Shown: positions 47,387-55,829 of the stretch, piece by piece
Layout: each line of letters starts with the position of its first letter
How positions within the stretch are numbered: position 1 is the stretch's first letter
IMG/VR virus record: IMGVR_UViG_3300020079_000007
Location: 1-64,000 of that record
Length of the DNA: 64,000 bases
Origin: a virus
Lineage: Duplodnaviria > Caudoviricetes
Direction: 5' to 3' (one strand)
Notes under the pieces: model-generated
The model's input: only the letters and a program-made list of their open reading frames with translations
What the model was told of the DNA's origin: nothing
Database searches by the model: none
Translations under genes and position numbers: made by a program

Positions 47387-47492
47387 TTGTTTCTCCTATA
47401 GCTCTTTGAGCTCTTAATTTATTTTAAACCTCATTGAGGTTATTTACTTAAATAATATTAACACTTTGTGCTGTTGCATAATTAGTGGCATA

Positions 47493-48167
47493 TTAAATTT
47501 TGTAAACCTCAATACCGAAATCCTGCAAGTTCTTTGCACCGTCTGGCATTCGGTCATAAGCTTCGGCGTAAAAAACTTTCTTTATATCTGATTGTGCAAT
47601 CATCTTTGCGCACCCTGGGCAAGGACAAGTTGAACAATAAAGTTCCAAATTTTCATAACTGTCGATTGATGTGTTGCGGCCAAGTTCAAGTACAGCATTC
47701 ATCTCGGCGTGAACTTCATAAGCTTCAGAGAACTGATGATGTCTTGTACTGTAATCTTTTGTAAGACGATCTTTTACTGTAAATACTTCATCACAATTCT
47801 TGAAACCTTTAGGCGTACCGTTTACACCTGTTGAAATTATACGATTATTCTTTACAATAAGACAACATACCTTGAGGCGAGTACAATGTGACATAGCTTT
47901 CAAAGACTGTGTTGTATCAATAAAAGCTTTCTTAATTCGCCAATCGAAAGAAGCCTGCTGAATACCTGACTCATTAAGATGAACACAAGTAATTGCTGCT
48001 TCTGGGTAATCTTTTGCAATATTGATTAAGAAGGGGTTTTGAAAGTCGACTGGAAAGTCTGACTTTACCTGATAAGTGAAGGCAACTGGGTTTTCTTTTA
48101 TTGACTGATCTTTCAATAATTCCTCAGTACCATCTGCATAAGTGACATAGAGATTTTTCTCCACCAT
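47493..48167 (-). CDS. dCMP deaminase
   Basis: SHCTRLKV, GVNG, HAEMNA, PCPGC zinc motifs. Confidence 0.92.
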   Translation of the reverse strand: MVEKNLYVTYADGTEELLKDQSIKENPVAFTYQVKSDFPVDFQNPFLINIAKDYPEAAITCVHLNESGIQQASFDWRIKKAFIDTTQSLKAMSHCTRLKVCCLIVKNNRIISTGVNGTPKGFKNCDEVFTVKDRLTKDYSTRHHQFSEAYEVHAEMNAVLELGRNTSIDSYENLELYCSTCPCPGCAKMIAQSDIKKVFYAEAYDRMPDGAKNLQDFGIEVYKI

Positions 48168-48177
48168 TAAATGTCTC

Positions 48178-48390
48178 CTATTTTATATCTTTAAGTTTTG
48201 TTGTTTTTATATTAACAAGTCCTGCAAGTCCAGCAAGTGACTTTCTTGTCCATATTTTACCTTTTTTATCCTGTGCGGCATAAAAAGTTGAACCCATAAC
48301 TGTAAACTTGAACAAAGTTGGATAATCTTCATTTCCGTCAATCTGTTTGAAATTTGTCCACGCTTTTGAAATTTCTTCTGGCTTAAGCAT
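48178..48390 (-). CDS. Hypothetical protein
   Basis: 70 aa, coupled. Confidence 0.6.
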   Translation of the reverse strand: MLKPEEISKAWTNFKQIDGNEDYPTLFKFTVMGSTFYAAQDKKGKIWTRKSLAGLAGLVNIKTTKLKDIK

Positions 48391-48937
48391 TTACAAGTGC
48401 CTCTTGAATACCCTGTGAACCGATGATACGACCTACAATGTTATCATAACCTTCTTTTGTCCCGTCATAAGTATCATATTCATATTTGTTTGCATCAAGA
48501 AATTCTTTTACTTCAGTATCAATACCTTTTGCTTCGTCCTCTGTTTGAAAACGGCCATTTGCATTGTAAGGCTTTATTCTCTTTAAGAAAATGTTACAAT
48601 TTGCATCACCATACTTGTTGAACTCTTCTTTGATTGCTTCTTTCAATTTTGGAGATGTTTCTGGCGCATACAAGGCACCAAGCAAAATTGGTGAGTCGGT
48701 AATAATTACATCAACTTTACCAAAGCAACGACTGATTTTGAAAGCCTGTTTGCCTGTTACATAAAACTGATTTTTGAATACTTCAGAATTGTCTTCCCAA
48801 ACTTTGTCTTTTGCAAACTCTGAAACATATTCACAGTCAATTCCTGCAAGCTTCAACTGTGAAAATATATAAGCTGCTCCTGTTGACTTTCCCATCCCTG
48901 GGCCACCAAAAAGATTTATAATGATTGTGTTTTTCAT
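48383..48937 (-). CDS. P-loop nucleotide kinase-like protein (NadR/AAA_28-type)
   Basis: GGPGMGKST, EFAKD, ITDSP, GRFQ. Confidence 0.75.
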   Translation of the reverse strand: MKNTIIINLFGGPGMGKSTGAAYIFSQLKLAGIDCEYVSEFAKDKVWEDNSEVFKNQFYVTGKQAFKISRCFGKVDVIITDSPILLGALYAPETSPKLKEAIKEEFNKYGDANCNIFLKRIKPYNANGRFQTEDEAKGIDTEVKEFLDANKYEYDTYDGTKEGYDNIVGRIIGSQGIQEALVNA

Positions 48938-48968
48938 ATAATTAAATTAACACAATTTTATCTCAAAA

Positions 48969-49028
48969 CGAATTTTTGAACTATAATGGAGGGAATAAAA
49001 AAAGAGAAAAAATAAGAGTAAATTTATA
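48969..49028 (+). repeat. Dispersed ~58-bp intergenic repeat, copy 2 (IS inserted at its end)
   Basis: Matches the reverse complement of 35341-35398. Confidence 0.8.
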
Positions 49029-50540
49029 GAAATTGAGCCAGAAAATTGCCACATCTTTAGTGTGGCAAATGAATGGCTCTAATATAATCTTTCTAAAGAA
49101 AAGATACTAATTATGTAGTAACGAAAAAAGGAAGTACTAGCAATACTTCCCTTCTTCTAAACAAACACAATTAATAAGGAATTGCGAATGTCTGATAAAT
49201 TAGTCGTATTTCACGAAGTACAACATAAAGTTCTCAAAATAAGAATCTATCCAAATCAAGACCAGACTATTCTCATCAATAAGACATTCGGTAGTTGTCG
49301 TAAACTCTATAATGAACATTTGCAAGAAAGAAACGAATTTTACATAGACAACATTCTACCAATTCCTAAAGAAGAAAGAAAAGCTAAATCAAAAGAAATC
49401 TACAAAAACTTCAAGCCTAAAACAGAAAAAGAATGGAAAATCATATATCCTTATATGAAAGAAGTTTCTTCTTGTGCATTGCAGCAAGCAAGAATGGATT
49501 GTGACCAAGCTTTTGTAAACTTTTTCAAATCAAATAATGGCTCAAGAAAAGGAAAATCTGGATTTCCAAAGTTCAAATCAAAACATAATAACAAACAATC
49601 TTACCGTGAAGTAATGGTCTCAGACAATAACTTCTACTTTGAAGAACGAAAAGTGAAATTGCCAAAAGTTGGATTAGTTTCATTCAAAGACAGAAAATTT
49701 CCTACTTGGTGGAACAGAAAGACAAAACTATGCTCAATGACTATCGAAAAAAACTGCTCAAATCAATACTTTGTAGCAGTCTTGTTTGAAGTACAAAAAG
49801 CAGTTCACAAAATAGATAACAGAAAAGACTCGATTGGTATGGACTTTAGTCCTGCGGAAATGTACATAAATTCAGATGGGAAATCTGGAAAAGATTTTGG
49901 ATATGTAGCACAAAAACAAGCACATCATAAACAATTACGAAAACTTTCAAGACGATTAGCTAAAAAGCAAAAAGGCTCAAATAATCGAAACAAGGCGAGA
50001 ATCAAGCTTGCAAGATTAGAAGAGCATATTGTCAATAGCAGAAAAGATTGGATTGAAAAAGAGTCATTACGATTAGTTCGTTCTTATGAAAAAGTTGTTG
50101 TTGAAGATTTGAACTTGAAAGGAATAAGCAAATTCCTAAGAAACGCCAAGAATATGAATGACACTTCTTGGGGAATGTTTGTTTCAAGACTCCAAGCAAA
50201 AGGTGAAGACAATAACTGCAAAGTCATAAAAGCTGACAGGTATTTTCCTTCTAGCAAATTGTGTTCAAAATGTGGTTGGAAATATGAAAATCTTACTTTG
50301 GACATAAGAAAATGGACTTGTTGTAATTGTGGAACACATCACATTCGTGATGTAAATGCCGCAATCAATTTGAAAAACTATGTACCGATGGAAGGTCGGG
50401 AACTTACGCCTGTGGAGAGTGATAAGGTCAAAAGCTTAGCGTTGCTTGCTTTGCAAGTTGGCTCACTCAATGAAGCAGGAAGCACTACAGGCGACTCGGT
50501 GCAAGAATGTGCTAAGGCTTTAGCTTAGCACAGGCTTCAA
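49028..50540 (+). mobile_element. Non-autonomous IS200/IS605 (IS1341-type) element, tnpB only
   Basis: 5' flank TTTAT (49023-49027); left-end hairpin CCACATCTTTAGTGTGG; right-end hairpin GTGCTAAG-GCTTTAG-CTTAGCAC; ends TTCAA at 50540. Confidence 0.9.
49188..50528 (+). CDS. tnpB: RNA-guided endonuclease TnpB
   Basis: KIRIYP, FPKFKSK, GMDFS, VVEDL, RDVNAA, CSKC...CCNC. Confidence 0.92.
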   Translation: MSDKLVVFHEVQHKVLKIRIYPNQDQTILINKTFGSCRKLYNEHLQERNEFYIDNILPIPKEERKAKSKEIYKNFKPKTEKEWKIIYPYMKEVSSCALQQARMDCDQAFVNFFKSNNGSRKGKSGFPKFKSKHNNKQSYREVMVSDNNFYFEERKVKLPKVGLVSFKDRKFPTWWNRKTKLCSMTIEKNCSNQYFVAVLFEVQKAVHKIDNRKDSIGMDFSPAEMYINSDGKSGKDFGYVAQKQAHHKQLRKLSRRLAKKQKGSNNRNKARIKLARLEEHIVNSRKDWIEKESLRLVRSYEKVVVEDLNLKGISKFLRNAKNMNDTSWGMFVSRLQAKGEDNNCKVIKADRYFPSSKLCSKCGWKYENLTLDIRKWTCCNCGTHHIRDVNAAINLKNYVPMEGRELTPVESDKVKSLALLALQVGSLNEAGSTTGDSVQECAKALA

Positions 50541-50553
50541 TTACTAAATTTAT

Positions 50554-51015
50554 ATGAAAATATTTTTGAAAAACTTTATTATTTTTTGTGTAGGATTTAC
50601 TCTTTATCAATGTATTGAAGGCATTTGGAAAACAATTGGCCCAGGGATGGGAGGAGTTGAATGCTTTTTGATGGGAGTACTTGGTGGCCTTTCATTATTA
50701 TTGGTCGGTGGTCTTAATAAGAAGTTGACTTGGGAAATGCCTTTTTGGTTGCAATCAATTATTGGTGGTCTTATAATTGTTTCACTTGAGTTTGTGACTG
50801 GGTTGATTGTAAATAAATGGGCTTGTCCTGCACTCGGAAGACCTATCGTTTGGGACTATTCAAATATCCCAGGGAATATCTTAGGTCAAATATGTCCTCA
50901 ATTTTTTGCAGCTTGGGTTGTTCTTGCAGCTGTTTGCATCTTAGTTGACGACTACCTAAGATATAGAGTCTACGATGAAGAAAAGCCTCATTATGTTTGG
51001 TGGTGGAAAAAATAA
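50554..51015 (+). CDS. Multi-pass membrane protein (putative ABC-permease-like family)
   Basis: EFVTG, WDYS..PGN..GQIC; four hydrophobic segments. Confidence 0.7.
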   Translation: MKIFLKNFIIFCVGFTLYQCIEGIWKTIGPGMGGVECFLMGVLGGLSLLLVGGLNKKLTWEMPFWLQSIIGGLIIVSLEFVTGLIVNKWACPALGRPIVWDYSNIPGNILGQICPQFFAAWVVLAAVCILVDDYLRYRVYDEEKPHYVWWWKK

Positions 51016-51921
51016 TTATTTTGGTAAAATCAATCTTGAATCCCAACCAAATCGAAATCCTTTTTCTGATGAGCTTGCGTGTTTCTTGATATATTCCATT
51101 AGGAACTGATGGCATCTTGTGTTGCCTTCAGCTTCCTTTCGCCACTGTTCTGCTTTTTCAAACATATCTTTTTCAAGTTCAACTCCGATGTAATTGCGGT
51201 CACAAAGATATGCTGCAATCCCTGAAGAACCTGAACCCATAAAAGGGTCAAGAACTTTTTGTCCTTTAAGAGACGAAACCATAATCAATTCAGTAAACAA
51301 TAAGACAGGCTTTTGGCAGCTGTGTATTTGTTTTTCACCGACATTATTGTATGCAGGCGGCGTAAAGAATGAAACATTACCAAGTCCTGTCCATCTTACT
51401 CTCATTCCTGTCGATTGGTCGAGCGCCCAACCTCTTGGCTTACCGTCCTTTACATAAGGAACGATAACTTCCCGCAAATATTCAACTGCATTCCAAGTAT
51501 ATTTTGTTGGGTCTTTTGTCAAATGCATAATCTCTTCGCGTTGTGACTTAAGTTTATGTGTTGCACCTCTTCCTTTAGGTCGACAATAAACCATCGCATT
51601 TTCCCAATGATTGAATAAGCCGCTGCGGTTAACACATTTTATAACTGTTTCAATTTTTGTTATGCCATAAAACATCCACATTGAACCCGTAGGCTTTAAC
51701 ACTCTTTTGCATTCCGCCAGGAATTTGTCAAGGAAACCCTCGTATTCTTCATCAGACATTTTATCCCAGTCAGAGTTTTGCATATGATTTGAACCATCAA
51801 AAGAAATCCCATAAGGGCTATCGGTACATACTAAGTCAATGCTTTCATCAGGGATTGTTTTCATATACTTAAAGCAATCATCATTTATATATTTTATTTC
51901 TTGCATCTTCTGTTCTCCCAC
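51016..51921 (-). CDS. Beta-class N6-adenine/N4-cytosine DNA methyltransferase
   Basis: CTDSPY motif IV, HSCQKP, VLDPFMGSG motif I. Confidence 0.88.
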   Translation of the reverse strand: MGEQKMQEIKYINDDCFKYMKTIPDESIDLVCTDSPYGISFDGSNHMQNSDWDKMSDEEYEGFLDKFLAECKRVLKPTGSMWMFYGITKIETVIKCVNRSGLFNHWENAMVYCRPKGRGATHKLKSQREEIMHLTKDPTKYTWNAVEYLREVIVPYVKDGKPRGWALDQSTGMRVRWTGLGNVSFFTPPAYNNVGEKQIHSCQKPVLLFTELIMVSSLKGQKVLDPFMGSGSSGIAAYLCDRNYIGVELEKDMFEKAEQWRKEAEGNTRCHQFLMEYIKKHASSSEKGFRFGWDSRLILPK

Positions 51922-52538
51922 ATTTTTAAAGCTCTTTGATGTCTCTTTTCTGCAGCGATGCCCTCTCTTTTTTCAAGTAACTTTTTATAGTAATTATTAT
52001 CCTTATCAGGATCATAAAAAGACCAAAATTGTTTATTACACATTCTTTCTTCGTGTCTGCAAGATTCACTAATGTGATTATGTTGTATCCCTATTTTATC
52101 TTCAGCATCTCTTAAAGAAGGATATATTTTCATTGTATTAAGACATATTACTTTTTTACCTTGAAGTTCTTTATTTAATCTTTTGAAATCATTTTTTCTT
52201 TTTGCATAATCTCTTGAACTTAGCACAAATGGGTCTTGGTACCTTTTTGTATTTGACATACGATTAAATGCAGCCAACATTTTATAATAAACTCTTCTAT
52301 CATTACCCTTCGTTTCATATATACGACATAATAACAAATGACAAAAGAAATGCTCTCGTGCAGTTAATAAAACAAGATTTGGATGTGATTGATTGTTTTT
52401 ACAAAGATTTCGTTTACCTGTACCACCTAAACAAGTTGGCACTATATGATGAGCTTCATAATAAATATCATCTGTTTTGCTTCGATTTTCTGACTTTGCT
52501 TTTGCAATTATCTTATTATATATGTTTTCATAATTCAT
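51894..52538 (-). CDS. HNH homing endonuclease
   Basis: YEAHHIVP...NLVLLTAREHFFCHLLL; NUMOD1-like KKVICLNT...YPSLRDA. Confidence 0.88.
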   Translation of the reverse strand: MNYENIYNKIIAKAKSENRSKTDDIYYEAHHIVPTCLGGTGKRNLCKNNQSHPNLVLLTAREHFFCHLLLCRIYETKGNDRRVYYKMLAAFNRMSNTKRYQDPFVLSSRDYAKRKNDFKRLNKELQGKKVICLNTMKIYPSLRDAEDKIGIQHNHISESCRHEERMCNKQFWSFYDPDKDNNYYKKLLEKREGIAAEKRHQRALKMWENRRCKK

Positions 52539-52644
52539 ATATAATTAGTATAGTACCACTTAAAAGAGGATCTGTGCAAATTAAATCAATTGAGGCATCC
52601 TCAAGGGATGCCATTATTTTAAAACAATCGTCGTTTATATACAT
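52528..52644 (-). pseudogene. Orphaned original N-terminus of the methyltransferase
   Basis: MYINDDCFKIMASLEDASIDLICTDP then unrelated sequence; homologous to YINDDCFKYMKTIPDESIDLVCTDSPY. Confidence 0.85.
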
Positions 52645-52663
52645 CCTAATAATTTAGTTTAAA

Positions 52664-53743
52664 CTACTTTTGGGCAGCTGCATTCCTAGAGTCATCAAGT
52701 GACTTTTTGAAATCAGCCCAGTCCTGAAGAAGCTGACCGATTACTTTATTACCCTTAAACTTTTCAAGAGCTTTCAAAGAATTCTCGAATTTTGTCTGAG
52801 CGTCACTTGTATTATTTACGACATTATTGATTTCTTTTTGAGCATTTGCATCAATTGGCTGTCCCTGTCCTTGTGCAGCCGGCTGCTGTGTATTCTGATT
52901 TGCAGTTTGTGCTGTATTTTGTTCAGCAGAATTTGCAGTATTGTCTGCATTATTTGTAGTTGTACCGCCATTTTCTGCAGACTGTTCAGTGTTCTGTTGA
53001 GGTTGCGTTGTTTGCTGTTCAGGCTGAGCATTCTGTTGAATTGCTTGCTTTTTTGCGTTCAATGCAGCATTTAAGTTCTGAATAACTTTTAATGACTTCT
53101 TGTCATTCTTACCTAAAACCTGCTGAACACTTTGGTCATTGATTGCATTTGATACTGCCTCAATGTCTTTATCTGTAAACTGTTTCTGACCTGTTAAGAA
53201 AGGACGAACAAGTTGCTGAACACCTGCCAAAGCTTTCTTCGCTTTGTTGTAAAATGTCTTATTATTATTGTTTGTAGCTTCATTTAATGCATTAAGGTGT
53301 TTTATGATTAAAGAATCAGCAAGTTTTTCTTCATCAGGTACTTCTCTTGCACCGCCTTTTTCTGCAGGAAGTGATGATGGTTGTTCCTGACCTTGCTGAG
53401 GCTTTTGCTCACTTTGCTGTGGCTGCTGTTTTTGTAAAGCTTGCAACCCTTTATCACAAATGCCAATTGCCTTTGTAACGGCATCATTAATTGTCTTTGC
53501 AAGTGTGATGTCATCCATTGCATTTGTTTGTACATTTGTTTGTGCAGTCTGAGCATTTGTTTGAGCAGTTTGCTGTGCATCTTTTGCGGCAGCTGCATTT
53601 CTTTTTGCGTTGCCTGCTGCAGTACCGAAAGCATTTGCAATTGTTCTACCAACTGTTTTCAAAGCCTGTCCAACACCACCTGCTTCTTCTATTTTATTTG
53701 AGACTTCAAGAGCCTCCAAAAATTGTTCTGTATTCTGTTCCAT
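52664..53743 (-). CDS. Gln/Asn/Ala-rich protein, putative internal head protein
   Basis: Low complexity, class III motif, FLEA/LNEA sites. Confidence 0.6.
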   Translation of the reverse strand: MEQNTEQFLEALEVSNKIEEAGGVGQALKTVGRTIANAFGTAAGNAKRNAAAAKDAQQTAQTNAQTAQTNVQTNAMDDITLAKTINDAVTKAIGICDKGLQALQKQQPQQSEQKPQQGQEQPSSLPAEKGGAREVPDEEKLADSLIIKHLNALNEATNNNNKTFYNKAKKALAGVQQLVRPFLTGQKQFTDKDIEAVSNAINDQSVQQVLGKNDKKSLKVIQNLNAALNAKKQAIQQNAQPEQQTTQPQQNTEQSAENGGTTTNNADNTANSAEQNTAQTANQNTQQPAAQGQGQPIDANAQKEINNVVNNTSDAQTKFENSLKALEKFKGNKVIGQLLQDWADFKKSLDDSRNAAAQK

Positions 53744-53762
53744 AATATAATTAGTCTCCTTC

Positions 53763-55829
53763 TTATATATTCTCTTTGATAGTGATGTCTCTAAACTTAA
53801 TATGTTGGTCGTATCTTACACCGATACGAATATATAAAATGCCTTCGATAGGCTTAGGACCGAAGGTACAATATATTTTGCCTTCTTTTGAGTCTTGAAC
53901 TGCAAGACAACCTTGCATCCATTTATCATTGACACCAATACCATCATAAGGCTCTTTTGCATCAAGCCAATCTGTTGAACCTAAAACTTTAATATACATT
54001 GAGTCAACATTGAAAGCTTTTGTGTCTTTGTCTTGAGTTATATTTTCGGCATCTTCAAAGTTGATGAAAATGCCGTTTGCGATTTTCATATCATATTTCA
54101 AAGTTACATAACGCTTGCCACTCTTAGGACATTCACTGTAATCGAGTCCTGTCTTTATCCAAGATACATCAGAAAACACACCTGAAGTAATATATCCAGT
54201 GCCGTTGATTGAGAAGTCTTTTTCAGGCCACTGATACTTACCTGCGAGCATTTGCAATTCGTTATAGTTTCTCAAGTCTGTTTGAGGGTCCCATTCACCG
54301 CAGCTGTTTACAATCATTTGATTTTGAACTTCACCTGAGTAAACACGACGACTTTCATCAGAGATTGTATCAACACGGAAGTTGTAGTCAGCGTGGTGTT
54401 CGCCGTTTACTTCACCAAATATGTTATAAGTCTCAGCATCAATTCTTGTAACTTCTTGGTAAATGCCTTCAGGAATTACCAAGTCCTCTTTGATTTCAAG
54501 AGGAGGATTGTAAGCTGCATAAGTAAGTTCTGGGAATCTTTCATATTCAAGGCCAAATGCTTTCGTCTTTGAAATATGAGTTCCTTTTGTAAACTTCTTT
54601 AATGTTCTGTAATCAAGATGAGATGCTGTAATTATATCTCCCGCTCTAGGTGTTAAGATACCTGAAACATATCTATATCCAAAAGTAGCAGGACTTGTTG
54701 ATAACACAATTCTTTCATTTAATAAAGTATCTTTATCCTGCTGCAACTCTTCACATACAACCAATTCATTTGAGAAGAAGATTGTTGAATTGTAAGTATA
54801 TGACATTTTGAATATCATAGGGTAAATATGAGAAGATATAATACCTGACATTCCTTTTAATGTTGATGTAAAATGACACTTAATCTTTTTGAAAAATCCT
54901 CTTGCTGACAAAGAGTCAGGATAAGCTTCACCAGAATAATCAATTACCAAGCCTTGTGCAACTGGGTTATTTAAGTCTAATTCAATTCTTCCTACTTCTT
55001 GCCAAACACCATTAACACTTACAAGTAATCTTACAGTACCAAACCCAGGGTTATAAAATTCTGGGACATCAATTGTAAACTCATAATCGTCAAGGATAAC
55101 GTGGTCGTAGTGTTCATTTGTCTTTATATCTGTTGCATCAAATTCTTTTTCACAAATAAAAGTTAAATCCTTGCCATCAAAAGTTGCAGGCTCAGGAGGT
55201 ATCATTTTATTTATATCAACACCAATCTTACTAAGCTCTTGGTCAACATACTGCTTTGTTGCAACTTGTTGGTCTTTTTCAGGAGTATAGTCTGGGAGCA
55301 TTTCCTGACGGCCATCTGTTGTAATCATATGTTCAGGAAGCTTGCGTCCACAATAACGATAACCTGAAATATAGAATGGCATATCATATTCAGGCATACC
55401 ATCAGTAAATGAAAGGTAACCTACACCTATATCAACTGTCCACTTTTTAAGGCCAAAAGGAATTACATCACCATTTGCATCTTCGATTGTTAAATGCCAT
55501 TCTTCATTCTGAATAACATCAATAAGTTTTTCTGAAAAGAAAACGGCGCGGTCATTTACTTTATCAACTTTGATATGATTAAACTTTTCAACAACTGGGA
55601 CTGAACTTCCGCCGATTGCTGCATAATACAAATCGCCGCGCCAAATAAGTCCTTCAGGGGATGCAGGAATATATTCAGAGTCAAGCCATATTGATTTTGC
55701 ATCAACTTTAGGTGATACTGTTTCAGGCTCCTCATACCAAGCAAGATTGTTATCTGTGTTTGATTTATTTTTTATAACATTCTTATATGAGGCTTCTGCA
55801 ATATGTTTTGTATATTTATCTACGCTCAT
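53763..55829 (-). CDS. Putative tail/baseplate structural protein
   Basis: VATKQYVD motif; C-terminal domain paralogous to that of 55816-58395. Confidence 0.65.
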   Translation of the reverse strand: MSVDKYTKHIAEASYKNVIKNKSNTDNNLAWYEEPETVSPKVDAKSIWLDSEYIPASPEGLIWRGDLYYAAIGGSSVPVVEKFNHIKVDKVNDRAVFFSEKLIDVIQNEEWHLTIEDANGDVIPFGLKKWTVDIGVGYLSFTDGMPEYDMPFYISGYRYCGRKLPEHMITTDGRQEMLPDYTPEKDQQVATKQYVDQELSKIGVDINKMIPPEPATFDGKDLTFICEKEFDATDIKTNEHYDHVILDDYEFTIDVPEFYNPGFGTVRLLVSVNGVWQEVGRIELDLNNPVAQGLVIDYSGEAYPDSLSARGFFKKIKCHFTSTLKGMSGIISSHIYPMIFKMSYTYNSTIFFSNELVVCEELQQDKDTLLNERIVLSTSPATFGYRYVSGILTPRAGDIITASHLDYRTLKKFTKGTHISKTKAFGLEYERFPELTYAAYNPPLEIKEDLVIPEGIYQEVTRIDAETYNIFGEVNGEHHADYNFRVDTISDESRRVYSGEVQNQMIVNSCGEWDPQTDLRNYNELQMLAGKYQWPEKDFSINGTGYITSGVFSDVSWIKTGLDYSECPKSGKRYVTLKYDMKIANGIFINFEDAENITQDKDTKAFNVDSMYIKVLGSTDWLDAKEPYDGIGVNDKWMQGCLAVQDSKEGKIYCTFGPKPIEGILYIRIGVRYDQHIKFRDITIKENI

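Noticed and set aside
51820-52566. Group I intron or gene-60-style ribosomal hop in the methyltransferase
   Set aside because: No room for an intron core, the putative 3' end is not G, the gap is ~750 nt, and a complete second N-terminus is present
53520-53580. Short tandem repeats encoding AQQTAQTNAQTAQTNVQTN
   Set aside because: Ordinary low-complexity coding repeat within a Gln-rich protein
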